IMG/VR virus record: IMGVR_UViG_3300045988_056832
Length of the DNA stretch: 40,401 nt
Direction: 5' to 3' (one strand)
From: a virus
Part shown: positions 7,915 to 17,375 of the stretch, piece after piece
How positions within the stretch are numbered: position 1 is the first letter of the stretch
Layout of the letters: the number at the start of each line of letters is the position of its first letter
The notes under the pieces: generated by a model
The model's input: only the letters and a program-made list of their open reading frames with translations
What the model was told of the DNA's origin: nothing
Databases searched by the model: none
Position numbers and translations under genes: made by a program

Positions 7915-9834
7915 ATGGGAGCCGATTCATATTGGGCTAGGCGAAGTATAGAACGCGAAGAGGAGTGGAATAAAAAAAGCCAATCCACCGTTGAAAAAGA
8001 ATTGGCCGCCCAGTATGAACGGTCGGCCCAACGTATCCAGGCTAATATTGAGCAGTTATACGGAAAGTTCGCTACAGATAACAACATTAGCATTTCTGAT
8101 GCTCGCAAGTTAATCAACGGGAGCGAATTTAGGACCTGGCGCAAGGATATTGAAGAGTATATTGAGGAGTACAATAAAACGGGGAATCCAAAATTATTGC
8201 TTGAACTTAATACTCTATCAATGAGATCAAGAATATCAAGACTTGATAAGTTGTACGGTGATACTCTTATCGAGATTGATAAGCTAGGACAAAAAACAGA
8301 CGCAACGATTACCGGCTTTTTAAAAAATGCATACAAAGATAATCGGTTGCACTCCGCATACGAACTGGCAAAGCGTGGTAGCGGCCCGCTAGGTGTCTCT
8401 GTTAACAATAAACAAATCGAAGGTATATTGCGTACGCCATGGAGTGGAAAAAACTATAGCGAGCGGATTTGGAATAATTCTGAGAAGCTTGCTAGGACTA
8501 TCCAAGATACTGTTGTTAATGGACTACATCGCGGGGCTAGTGTTAATAAGTTAGCAAAAGAGGTTCAAGATCGAATGAGCGTATCGAAAAACGATGCGGT
8601 GAGATTGGTTAGAACCGAGTTAAACTATGTTAATAATCAGGCCACTTTGGATTCAATTAAGGGCGCTAAGATGGAGTATTTCCAATTTATAGCAACGCTA
8701 GATAAAAGAACTTCATCTATATGCCGTGAACATGATAACAATATTTATCCTGTTGATGAGGCTGAAGTAGGAACAAATGTTCCGCCGCTGCATCCACGTT
8801 GCCGCTCTACGATCGCTGGCACAATTGGGCCAAAGAAACCGACAAGCGGATCACGTATTTCTAAAATGGAAACAGCAAAAGGGGCCCCTGTACAATATCA
8901 AAAGGTGCCTCGTAATATGGATTACGATAACTGGAAAGCTGTATATGTGGATCAATCAAAGACTTTTGCTGAGTGGCGTGGTGAGCAAAAGGCGGCTAAG
9001 ACCGTTAAATCTGTTACCCCTATTCACGATAAGCCTGTTACAACTGAAATGATACGCGATAAAATTGCAAAAATAGATTTACCAAATGCCACTCCACAGG
9101 ATATAATAAGTATAGGAAAGATGGTTGTTGAAAAACATAATATCGTTGATGCTATAGGTAATGCTGACGAGTTAAAGAAGGTATTGTCTGAATATCGTGA
9201 TATTGGTTCAACTGTTCCTAAAGAAATGTGGGCTAAGGGGTCTAATGCGGTAAATAAAAAATTATTGCAAGGAGCGTTTGATGTGTATCCTAGTGATTGG
9301 GTACAGTACTTAAAGGCTAACCATAAAAAGATTAGCACAAGAAAAGTTGACCGTGGATATTTCTACGGAGACGGCGCGATTGCTGGCAGGCGGCCAAGAT
9401 TGTTAGATGTACCTGGTGACGCGGTAAAAGATTATATCACCATTAATATGGATGGCGATATCAAATCTACCCCGTATCATGAAATCGGGCATATGGTAGA
9501 ATTTTTTAACAAGCACGCGAGCAGACTGTCTAACGAATTTCGCAATATGCGGACAAGAGGGGAAAAGCCTCAATACTTGTCCGAAATATTAGCCCATAAA
9601 GGGTATGGGGCAGAAATGACACTCCCTGATGATTTTATAAACCCTTATATCGGTAAAGAATATGAAAATGGCGCTACAGAAGTTCTCAGCGTTGGTCTTG
9701 AAAACATTTTTGCACAGGGATACAGTAATCAACCTAAACGTTTTAATCGTGATACTAAAAAATATGAATATGTACATATTTCTGATGACATGGAATATCT
9801 ACATTTCATTATAGGGATGGTTTTGACGGTATAA
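7915..9834 (+). CDS. Head morphogenesis protein (SPP1 gp7/Mu F) fused to a C-terminal HExxH domain
   Basis: MuF core ELNYVNNQATLDS...DKRTSSICREHDN...PPLHPRCRSTI. HEIGH at 9478..9492 (residue 522), with a downstream glutamate in ATEVLSVG. Confidence 0.8.
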   Translation: MGADSYWARRSIEREEEWNKKSQSTVEKELAAQYERSAQRIQANIEQLYGKFATDNNISISDARKLINGSEFRTWRKDIEEYIEEYNKTGNPKLLLELNTLSMRSRISRLDKLYGDTLIEIDKLGQKTDATITGFLKNAYKDNRLHSAYELAKRGSGPLGVSVNNKQIEGILRTPWSGKNYSERIWNNSEKLARTIQDTVVNGLHRGASVNKLAKEVQDRMSVSKNDAVRLVRTELNYVNNQATLDSIKGAKMEYFQFIATLDKRTSSICREHDNNIYPVDEAEVGTNVPPLHPRCRSTIAGTIGPKKPTSGSRISKMETAKGAPVQYQKVPRNMDYDNWKAVYVDQSKTFAEWRGEQKAAKTVKSVTPIHDKPVTTEMIRDKIAKIDLPNATPQDIISIGKMVVEKHNIVDAIGNADELKKVLSEYRDIGSTVPKEMWAKGSNAVNKKLLQGAFDVYPSDWVQYLKANHKKISTRKVDRGYFYGDGAIAGRRPRLLDVPGDAVKDYITINMDGDIKSTPYHEIGHMVEFFNKHASRLSNEFRNMRTRGEKPQYLSEILAHKGYGAEMTLPDDFINPYIGKEYENGATEVLSVGLENIFAQGYSNQPKRFNRDTKKYEYVHISDDMEYLHFIIGMVLTV

Positions 9835-9849
9835 AAAGGTGGTGACACA

Positions 9850-10068
9850 ATGAAATTACAAGAAGCGATTAATAAATTTAATACGTTGCGAGAATTGTAT
9901 TTGAATACATTCGGCGCTAATTCTTTAGACAGAGTAATTTATTGTGATCCACAACATATGACTGTCGATACTATCGAAAAAGGGTCCAGGATGTTAGCTA
10001 ATGCGATAGCGGACGGGGCTCCTTTGGAGCAGGTTGATGAAAAGACTTGGGAAAACTTGATATTCTAA
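9850..10068 (+). CDS. Hypothetical 72-aa protein (candidate immunity or partner of the MuF C-terminal domain)
   Basis: RBS AAGGTGGTG. It lies directly after the MuF fusion and before a terminator. Confidence 0.5.
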   Translation: MKLQEAINKFNTLRELYLNTFGANSLDRVIYCDPQHMTVDTIEKGSRMLANAIADGAPLEQVDEKTWENLIF

Positions 10069-10071
10069 AAG

Positions 10072-10094
10072 CACTCTACACAGGGTGTTTTTTT
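10072..10094 (+). terminator. Weak intrinsic terminator
   Basis: CACTCT-acac-AGGGTG followed by T7. Confidence 0.45.
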
Positions 10095-10121
10095 ATTGCC
10101 TAAATTCGAGGAGGTGATGCG

Positions 10122-10520
10122 ATGGGCAACGTACAATATTTAGAGTACGATAGTGCAATACAAGAGATCATTAATACATCAAAGCGGTTAATTAGTCTTA
10201 TTGATGGGTTGAAAGATATTGATCACACTACCATATTGACTTTATTTGCTGAAAAATTTGTATTGGATTGCCTGGATTATTGCCATCGAACAAATTTTCC
10301 TCGTACATTGATTTACACGGCTGCAGAATTGGCTGTTAAATATATCAAAGATAAACATGCTGACTCCCGCGGACCGTTAAAGTCATTAAAAGAAAATGAT
10401 GTTGAGTTCGAGTGGGCTGTTACAGACATTTCGCCAATCGGTTGTATTAGCGAAAAAGATTTTGAGTCTATTCGGCCTAAGTTGAATTTATATCGGAAAG
10501 TTGTGTGGTCCAATGGCTGA
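10122..10520 (+). CDS. Head-tail connector (gp6-like)
   Basis: Position and size. LDYCHRTNFPRTLIYTAAELAVKY-type helix pattern. RBS GAGGAGGTG. Confidence 0.55.
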   Translation: MGNVQYLEYDSAIQEIINTSKRLISLIDGLKDIDHTTILTLFAEKFVLDCLDYCHRTNFPRTLIYTAAELAVKYIKDKHADSRGPLKSLKENDVEFEWAVTDISPIGCISEKDFESIRPKLNLYRKVVWSNG

Positions 10521-10875
10521 TATATACGGCAAGTTGTTGGCTGACATTATGTATAAAGACAGCTGTACTATATCTCGTCAAATGGAAACGACTGATGATA
10601 TAGGCGCAGATGTCTATGATATTGTTGCAGTGTATTCGAACGTTCCGTGTAAGCTCGGACAAACTGGGCAAAGCAGCATGAATGGGCTTGAAACTGACCG
10701 GGCCTTTTCTCTGAAGGATCATTTGCGGCTGTCGCTATCGGCTGAGTACGATGTTAAGGCTAATGATATAATTACAATTCAACATAAGGGACAAACGTTT
10801 GTAATGCGCGCTGACACGCCATTTAAATATATGACACATCAGGAGATTACGTTAATTCGTAATGGCGAGGCTTGA
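10513..10875 (+). CDS. Head closure / head-tail adaptor protein
   Basis: The ATG at 10513 overlaps the upstream stop. Position in the connector block. Confidence 0.5.
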   Translation: MADIYGKLLADIMYKDSCTISRQMETTDDIGADVYDIVAVYSNVPCKLGQTGQSSMNGLETDRAFSLKDHLRLSLSAEYDVKANDIITIQHKGQTFVMRADTPFKYMTHQEITLIRNGEA

Positions 10876-11241
10876 ATGGGGATTAAGATTGACGGGTTTG
10901 CACGCTTGAATCATAAGTGGGCAAGAATATTAACTCAATATCCTGAGCATGCTGACACCTTATTGTCACAACAAGCTGAATTATTAGTAGCTGATGTAAA
11001 ATCGAAAACACCTGTTGATACAGGGACATTACGTAATGCTTGGAGACGAACAGAACCTAATAATAGTTCTGTCGAGGTATATAACAACACAGAGTATGCA
11101 AATCATGTGGAATACGGACACAGAACACCAAAAGGAGGTTTTGTAAAGGGTCGAAAGATGTTGCATAGGGCTGTTGTTCATCGTAATAGTGCATTTTTAA
11201 GAGATGCGCGTACAATATTGAGGAACTTGATTGACAAATGA
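10876..11241 (+). CDS. HK97 gp10-like tail-head joining protein
   Basis: TGTLRNAWR...YNNTEYANHVEYGH signature. Confidence 0.7.
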   Translation: MGIKIDGFARLNHKWARILTQYPEHADTLLSQQAELLVADVKSKTPVDTGTLRNAWRRTEPNNSSVEVYNNTEYANHVEYGHRTPKGGFVKGRKMLHRAVVHRNSAFLRDARTILRNLIDK

Positions 11242-11714
11242 TTAAGTTAAGATCCATACAAAAAGCTCTAGTCGAGCTATTAAAAAGTAAATACCCGACA
11301 TACAAGGTATATTTCGACAACGTTGAGAAGTCGAATGTACCTTATTTTTATGTCGAAATGTTCGTTCATTCAGGCGTTGGTAACCATACATATTTCGATA
11401 GAACCGTGCAAGTAGATATTACTTTCCGGACTATGGAAGATAAGAACGGGCGAATTAAACGCTCCGAACTATACGAAATGTCTGATAGTTTGGATTGCAT
11501 GTTTAGACCAGGGCTCAGAGTCGATGATAGATTTATTACGATCAACGATTTTGAACATACATTTATTGATGAAGCATTGCACTTCATATTTAATTTAGAG
11601 TTCACAGACGCTTTCACTGACGATGAAGTTGGATTTATTCGTCGCGAAATCATCCAAACTCTATCGCTTAGCCTTAATGGCATAAATTTAACCGAGGAGG
11701 TAACTAATGGCTAA
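11238..11714 (+). CDS. Tail completion / terminator protein
   Basis: Position immediately before the sheath gene. 158 aa. Confidence 0.45.
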   Translation: MIKLRSIQKALVELLKSKYPTYKVYFDNVEKSNVPYFYVEMFVHSGVGNHTYFDRTVQVDITFRTMEDKNGRIKRSELYEMSDSLDCMFRPGLRVDDRFITINDFEHTFIDEALHFIFNLEFTDAFTDDEVGFIRREIIQTLSLSLNGINLTEEVTNG

Positions 11715-12837
11715 TGAAACCGAAAAATTTGGATTGCCGCAGGTATTAATTGATTTTAAAACTAAAGGCGTAACTGCTATTAAGCGTTCCGCTCGTGGCG
11801 TTGTAGCATTGATTTTAAAATGTGAAACAACAGATGTGTCCAATAAATACAAGATCGCTGATGTATCCGAAATTCCTGATAAGGTATTCGACGAAGCTAC
11901 AACGGACTTGATTAAAAAGTGCTTAGATGGAACCCCGTTGCGTGTACTTGTATATACGTTGCCTAAAGCGAATGTACAAGGTGCTAAAAATACGCAAGCA
12001 ACATTACTTAAGCAATTAAAGCATGTTCGTTACAACTATATCGCGGCACCTACTGGTACCACACAGGAACAGCAAGACCTTGCGTCTTATGTTAAATCTG
12101 AACGTAGCATTGCACGTAAAACTGTAAAAGCAGTCGTCGCTAATGTAGCGGCAGACCATGAAGGCGTTATTAATTTCTGCACAGAAGAAATTAAAGTGCC
12201 TAATGGGAAAGATACGCAAGGCCGAACTACTTATAAAACTTACACACCTATCGAATATACAGCGCGTATCGCTGGTATCTTGGCCGGATTGGCGTTAGAC
12301 CGTTCCGCAACGTATTTTAAATTAACGGAAGTTGAATCCGTTAAAGTATATGAGGATTTGACTGACCGGATCGATAAGGGCGAACTTCATTTGTTTGACG
12401 AAGAAGATGGTGAAGGTGTTAAGATTGCTCGTGCTTGCAACTCCTTGCAAACATTCACAACCGACAAAGGTCAAGACTTCCGTAAAATCAAAATCATTGA
12501 AGGCGTTGACATGGTAACTGACGATATTCGCGATACGTTCAAAAAATACTATATCGGCAAATACATCAATGATTACGATCATAAAATGCTATTTGTATCT
12601 GCGATTATGGTTTACTTTGGGCAGTTGGCTGGTAATGTACTTGATAATCGTGCCGGCAATAAAGTTGATATCGATGAACAATTCCAAAAGGATTATGCAA
12701 TCATCAAGGGCGAAGATATCTCCAAGATGACTGTTATGCAAATCCGGGAATATAATACAGGTTCTGAAATTGGGCTATCCGGCAAAGTTAAATTTGTCGA
12801 TGCGATGGAAGACCTTAAGATTAGTTTCACAATGTAA
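11707..12837 (+). CDS. Tail sheath protein (XkdK-like)
   Basis: 376 aa. N-terminal GLPQVLIDFKTKG. Followed by tube and chaperone genes. Confidence 0.75.
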   Translation: MANETEKFGLPQVLIDFKTKGVTAIKRSARGVVALILKCETTDVSNKYKIADVSEIPDKVFDEATTDLIKKCLDGTPLRVLVYTLPKANVQGAKNTQATLLKQLKHVRYNYIAAPTGTTQEQQDLASYVKSERSIARKTVKAVVANVAADHEGVINFCTEEIKVPNGKDTQGRTTYKTYTPIEYTARIAGILAGLALDRSATYFKLTEVESVKVYEDLTDRIDKGELHLFDEEDGEGVKIARACNSLQTFTTDKGQDFRKIKIIEGVDMVTDDIRDTFKKYYIGKYINDYDHKMLFVSAIMVYFGQLAGNVLDNRAGNKVDIDEQFQKDYAIIKGEDISKMTVMQIREYNTGSEIGLSGKVKFVDAMEDLKISFTM

Positions 12838-12855
12838 AAGGAGAAATAAAGCGAT

Positions 12856-13347
12856 ATGGAAAAAGAGCAATTTAAATTCGATTTACAGGCTTTTGCCCGT
12901 GCAAGCGAAGATGTTAAATATCGTGGCCGCCGCCGTTGGAATGGATCGCATGGTAAAGTGTGGTTAGACGGTGAATTGGTGTTTGAAATTGAAAGCTTTG
13001 AGTGCACGGTCGACTCTCAACGTGAAGATGTTATTATCGGTAACTCTGTTGATTCTAAAGTGACTGCGCTTAAGGGCGAAGGCACGATGAAAATTAAGAA
13101 CGTAATTAACCGCAATTTCCGAAAATTGCATGAGGCGTGGTGCAGAGGGGAAGACCCACGCTCTGTTATTACAGGCCTGCTTGATGATCCTGATGCAGTT
13201 GATGGCCAAAAAGAACGTGTTTCCATCGATAATGTGTGGTTCACTAAATTGACCCCATTGCACTTTGAAAAAGGAAAAGTAGTTGAAACGGACATTCCGT
13301 TTGGCTTTACTCCGGAAGATTTACAATACATTGAATCCATTGATTAA
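12856..13347 (+). CDS. Tail tube protein (XkdM-like)
   Basis: 163 aa. GKVWLDGELVFEIESFECTV pattern. Gene order. Confidence 0.7.
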   Translation: MEKEQFKFDLQAFARASEDVKYRGRRRWNGSHGKVWLDGELVFEIESFECTVDSQREDVIIGNSVDSKVTALKGEGTMKIKNVINRNFRKLHEAWCRGEDPRSVITGLLDDPDAVDGQKERVSIDNVWFTKLTPLHFEKGKVVETDIPFGFTPEDLQYIESID

Positions 13348-13364
13348 TTGAAAGGAATTGTAAC

Positions 13365-13727
13365 ATGGCTGTATCTATTAACGAATTAATCGCTAAGCGC
13401 GAAGAAATTAAATCCCGTAAATGTCAAAAATTAACAATCAACACATCTATCGGTGAAGTCGTCGCAAGGAAACCTAGTAACTCTTTAATGGCAGAGGCGC
13501 TAGGGCTAGATGGCAATAATGATGAATACGTCGTTTATAACTGTCTAGTAGAACCTAATTTGAAAGATAAGGACTTGCAGAAAGCGTATGAATGCGCCGA
13601 ACCTATGGATATTGTAGGCAAATTGTTCGAATTCGGCGAAATCAAGGCAATTTCCGATGTACTAATTAAGTCTGTAGGCGTTGGTCAGAAACTTGATCAT
13701 GCCATTTTTGATGAAGCAAAAAAGTAA
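13365..13727 (+). CDS. Tail assembly chaperone (XkdN-like), short form
   Basis: 120 aa between tube and tape measure. It ends in the slippery site A AAA AAG. Confidence 0.65.
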   Translation: MAVSINELIAKREEIKSRKCQKLTINTSIGEVVARKPSNSLMAEALGLDGNNDEYVVYNCLVEPNLKDKDLQKAYECAEPMDIVGKLFEFGEIKAISDVLIKSVGVGQKLDHAIFDEAKK

Positions 13728-13906
13728 TTGAAGAAGACTGGGAGGCGGCTACGGCCGCCTACTTAGTTTTAAAGGGACATACGTTTGAGTATTTCTTTGG
13801 ACTATCCATGATGGAAAAAGTAATTTGTCATGTAGCTATGGAAAAAGAAAGAAGGGAACGTGTTGAGGTCGCTAAACTTGCGATAAAGGAGGTGTTCGGT
13901 GGCTAA
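13718..13906 (+). CDS. -1 frameshift extension of the tail assembly chaperone (long form 13365..13906)
   Basis: Heptamer A_AAA_AAG at 13718..13724. The -1 frame is open for about 60 codons (KKVIEEDWEAATAAYLVLKGHTFEYFFGLSMMEKVICHVAMEKERRERVEVAKLAIKEVFGG*) up to TAA 13904..13906. Hairpin AGGCGGC-tacg-GCCGCCT at 13743..13760. Confidence 0.6.
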   Translation, partial: KKVIEEDWEAATAAYLVLKGHTFEYFFGLSMMEKVICHVAMEKERRERVEVAKLAIKEVFGG

Positions 13907-16664
13907 TAATGAACGGTTAGGCGTTGAATTATATCTGTCTGACAATGGGTTTATTAAGGGGATCCAAAAGGCTCAACAATCTACACAAAATTTAGGGAAG
14001 ACAACTGCCGGATTAAGCCCATCTATTTCATCCGCTGAAAAGAGCATGCAATCCGCCGTTCGTTCTGTTGATGGAGTTGCAAAAGCAACTAAAAAAGCTG
14101 AAAATGAACTCTCTAAGTTGAAGCGAACAGGGAATGGACTTAGTGTTAATATCAAGGCTAAAGATGATGCTACATCTAAAGTAAGAAAAATAAGGAATGA
14201 GCTTAATGGTTTAAAAGGTAAGGTATATACAGCAACTGTAAATGTGCGTCAAAATCTCGCTGGTATGGCAGGTTCTGCTGGCAATAGATTAAGCGGTGTA
14301 ATGTTTGGCGCTACGATGCAGATGGCCGGTATCGCAGGAATCAGTTTTGGAATCGCAAACGGCATTAAAAAGTACGCTGATTTTGAGAAGGAAATGTCAA
14401 ACGTACAAGCTATTTCCGGAGCTACGACTGAAGAATTTATGCAATTGAAGCAAAAAGCCATAGAAATGGGCGCTGCTACAAAGTACACAGCGACTGAATC
14501 TGCAGAAGCATTCAGATATATGGGTATGGCAGGCTGGAAAACTAGCGAAATGGTTAGCGGTATTGAAGGCATCATGAACCTAGCTTCCGCATCAGGTGAA
14601 GATTTAGCTACAACAAGTGATATCGTAACAGATAGTTTATCAGCTTTTGGGTTGCAAGCTAAAGACTCTGCTATGTTCGCCGATGTATTAGCAGCTGCAG
14701 CCACTAACTCAAACACGAATGTTGCTTTAATGGGACAGACATTTAAATATGCTGCTCCGGTAGCTGGTGCATTAGGTTTTAGTGTTCAAGACACTGCTCT
14801 TGCTGTAGGTATTATGGCTAATCAGGGTATTAAAGGCAGCGAGGCCGGGACGGCTTTACGCGCTATGATGACTCGATTAGTTAAACCAACAAAGGAATCA
14901 GGTCAGGCGATGGACATTCTCGGTTTAAGCATTCTTGATACAAACGGCAAGATGAAGCCATTAAGAGATATCATTGCAGATATTCGGGAGGGCATGAGCA
15001 AATTAACTCCTGACAGCAAGGCTGCCGTGGCGGGGATGTTAGCAGGACAAGAAGCCATGTCAGGATTACTTGCTTTGGTAAACTCTCCTTATGCAGACTT
15101 CGACAAATTAGCCGATGCTATTGATAATTCCAATGGTAAAGCTAAAGAGATGGCGGCGATTCAGCTTAACAATTTAACCGGTGATTTGACACTCCTTTCC
15201 AGTGCTTGGGATGGATTTGTCATTAAGATTATGGACGGCAAGATTGGTGGGTTTCGTGATATCGTGCAAGGCATTAATAATTGGTTTGCAGGATTTAGCG
15301 AAAACGTCGAGAAAAATGGCATCACATTACGATCCATTCTTGACGGTATTACTTCCGCGATTAAAGAACTAGTAGGACAAACATTAAAGATGGATGGCTT
15401 GCCTTCTATTCTATCTGCTGGGGCACTTGCCGTACTAGGAATGGGAGCATTTAAAACGGCTCGCGGGATACGTGGTATATTCCGAGGCAAAGGTGGGTCC
15501 GGGATAACTGGCGCCGGAGATGCTGCCGGAGACATGGTAATTAATGCTATGAACGTAACGCTAAATGCTACGCGGTTACTTGGACCTGTTCAAGGTGCAA
15601 TAGGAGCCGACGGCCCGATTGGTACCCATGGGAAAGGCAAACCAGGGAAATGGGGCAGCCGTTTTGGTAAGGTCGGACGCGGAATTGGAAAAAGTGTCGG
15701 AGCTATTGGTCGAGGACTTATGAAAGTTGGCGGGAAAGTTGCTATCCCGTTAGCCCTGGCAATGGGCGCCTATGACTTAGCTACTAGCGACGATAAAGCA
15801 AAAGCAGGTGTCGGACTTGGTGGGAGCCTTGCCGGTGGTTTAGCTGGAGCGAAACTAGGTGCTATGGGTGGTGCTGCTTTAGGATCTATTATTCCTGGTG
15901 CCGGAACTGCTGTTGGTGGTGCTATTGGAGGCCTTTTAGGTGGCATCGGAGGAGCTGTATTTGGTGAAGAACTTGCACAGCAAATTTACGATGGCATTAC
16001 AAGTAACCTAGAAGGTTTAACTGCTTGGTTTAGTGAAAAGTGGAACAGTATTGTAGCAACATGTGCCCCAGTTATTAATACTATTGTCGGGTTATATGCG
16101 TTCTTATGGGATGGTATAGTGGCGATCTTCGGCCCAGTCGCAAGTTGGTTTAATGATACAGTTTGGCAGCCGGTTTACTCTTTTGCAAGTTCTGCAATTG
16201 ATAATGTGATTGGTGTATTTAGCAGCGCATGGGAAAGTATTAAAGGTGTTTGGAACGGCGTGGCCAATTGGTTTGATGAAAACGTATGGCAGCCAATCAA
16301 ATCTAAAGCGAGTGGCGTATTCGATGCTGTAGGAAACGCATTAGGTTCGGCTCAGGCTAGAGGGGTACAAGTAACTGGTTTGCCGGCACATGCAACTGGT
16401 ACGAATTACTTCGGCGGTGGCTGGACTGAAATTAATGAACGTGGTGGTGAAATTGTAGATTTGCCTAGCGGATCAAGGATATATCCTCATGCCACTACTC
16501 AAAAAATGATTGCAGAACAGTTAAGCGGAGCTAATGCAGGTGGTAACCAATATTCGATTAGCGGTAATACATTCGTTGTTCGTGAAGAAGCTGACATCGA
16601 TAGGATCGCTCATTCTTTATTCTCGATGATTGAATCGGCCGAAAGTAATTATGGAGGTGTATAA
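13899..16664 (+). CDS. Tail tape measure protein
   Basis: 921 aa. Helical N-terminal part, Gly/Ala-rich membrane-like segment, position after the chaperone. GTG start. Confidence 0.9.
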   Translation: MANNERLGVELYLSDNGFIKGIQKAQQSTQNLGKTTAGLSPSISSAEKSMQSAVRSVDGVAKATKKAENELSKLKRTGNGLSVNIKAKDDATSKVRKIRNELNGLKGKVYTATVNVRQNLAGMAGSAGNRLSGVMFGATMQMAGIAGISFGIANGIKKYADFEKEMSNVQAISGATTEEFMQLKQKAIEMGAATKYTATESAEAFRYMGMAGWKTSEMVSGIEGIMNLASASGEDLATTSDIVTDSLSAFGLQAKDSAMFADVLAAAATNSNTNVALMGQTFKYAAPVAGALGFSVQDTALAVGIMANQGIKGSEAGTALRAMMTRLVKPTKESGQAMDILGLSILDTNGKMKPLRDIIADIREGMSKLTPDSKAAVAGMLAGQEAMSGLLALVNSPYADFDKLADAIDNSNGKAKEMAAIQLNNLTGDLTLLSSAWDGFVIKIMDGKIGGFRDIVQGINNWFAGFSENVEKNGITLRSILDGITSAIKELVGQTLKMDGLPSILSAGALAVLGMGAFKTARGIRGIFRGKGGSGITGAGDAAGDMVINAMNVTLNATRLLGPVQGAIGADGPIGTHGKGKPGKWGSRFGKVGRGIGKSVGAIGRGLMKVGGKVAIPLALAMGAYDLATSDDKAKAGVGLGGSLAGGLAGAKLGAMGGAALGSIIPGAGTAVGGAIGGLLGGIGGAVFGEELAQQIYDGITSNLEGLTAWFSEKWNSIVATCAPVINTIVGLYAFLWDGIVAIFGPVASWFNDTVWQPVYSFASSAIDNVIGVFSSAWESIKGVWNGVANWFDENVWQPIKSKASGVFDAVGNALGSAQARGVQVTGLPAHATGTNYFGGGWTEINERGGEIVDLPSGSRIYPHATTQKMIAEQLSGANAGGNQYSISGNTFVVREEADIDRIAHSLFSMIESAESNYGGV

Positions 16665-17374
16665 TGTCAAAATTCATTAGCGGAATTGGACGTGCATTGT
16701 CATATCTGTCCGTAATACTAGGCAAGGAAGGTAGTGACTATCCTACGATTATTCTCTCGCAAGGGGATGAGCGCTTAGTATTGCCAATTACGCCAATTAA
16801 ATATGAAGTTGGTACAGAACAAGAAAATAAAAGCGTCGATATCACACAAGTCGGGGAAGTACTTTTGTTTGGCAATCCTAAGCTTAAAACGCTTTCGTTT
16901 GACGGGTTCTTCCCCGCAAAAGATTATCCTTTTGTCGTGGGAGATAAAAGAAAGCCTGCCGAGCTTATTTCGTTGATTGAGAAATGGAAAGAATCCAAGA
17001 AACCAATAAGGGTCATCGTATCAGATGGCCCTATTAATTTAATGATGGCCATTATGTCCTTTCCGTGGAAGAAGCAAGAGAATACAGGTGATTTATACTG
17101 GACGCTCAGTTTAAAAGAGTACAAAGACCTTAACACATCAACTACTAGTGATGACACAAAAACAGTTGATGATGTTACAGGTCTAAAAGATAGGCCTACT
17201 ATTCAAAACAAGCCAACTACAGCGACGCTATTTAATAAGGGCTCCGATGTGCTCGATGCGGCCAAGAAGGCCTATGGCAATTATAGGCACTATGAACGTA
17301 TTGTTCAGTCTAACGACCTAAAGAATTTAGCTATTAATAATCTTAGCCAGCTTAGAAAGTTGAAGGTGAAATAA
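16664..17374 (+). CDS. XkdP-like tail protein with a degenerate C-terminal LysM-like segment
   Basis: Gene order after the tape measure. 236 aa. Confidence 0.55.
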   Translation: MSKFISGIGRALSYLSVILGKEGSDYPTIILSQGDERLVLPITPIKYEVGTEQENKSVDITQVGEVLLFGNPKLKTLSFDGFFPAKDYPFVVGDKRKPAELISLIEKWKESKKPIRVIVSDGPINLMMAIMSFPWKKQENTGDLYWTLSLKEYKDLNTSTTSDDTKTVDDVTGLKDRPTIQNKPTTATLFNKGSDVLDAAKKAYGNYRHYERIVQSNDLKNLAINNLSQLRKLKVK

Positions 17375-17375
17375 T

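Noticed and set aside
7896-8408. 170-aa minus-strand ORF
   Set aside because: It lies entirely antisense to the MuF/gp7 gene. The product is Ser/Leu-rich and low-complexity, with no RBS. It is a shadow ORF.
12693-13340. Minus-strand ORFs of 99-107 aa and the + strand ORF at 12770..12967
   Set aside because: All overlap the sheath and tube genes in alternative frames or on the opposite strand, with no translation signals.
14249-15535. Minus-strand ORFs of 155 aa and 124 aa inside the tape measure gene
   Set aside because: They are antisense to a Gly/Ala-rich coding region, which naturally lacks stops on the opposite strand. Neither has a start-site context.
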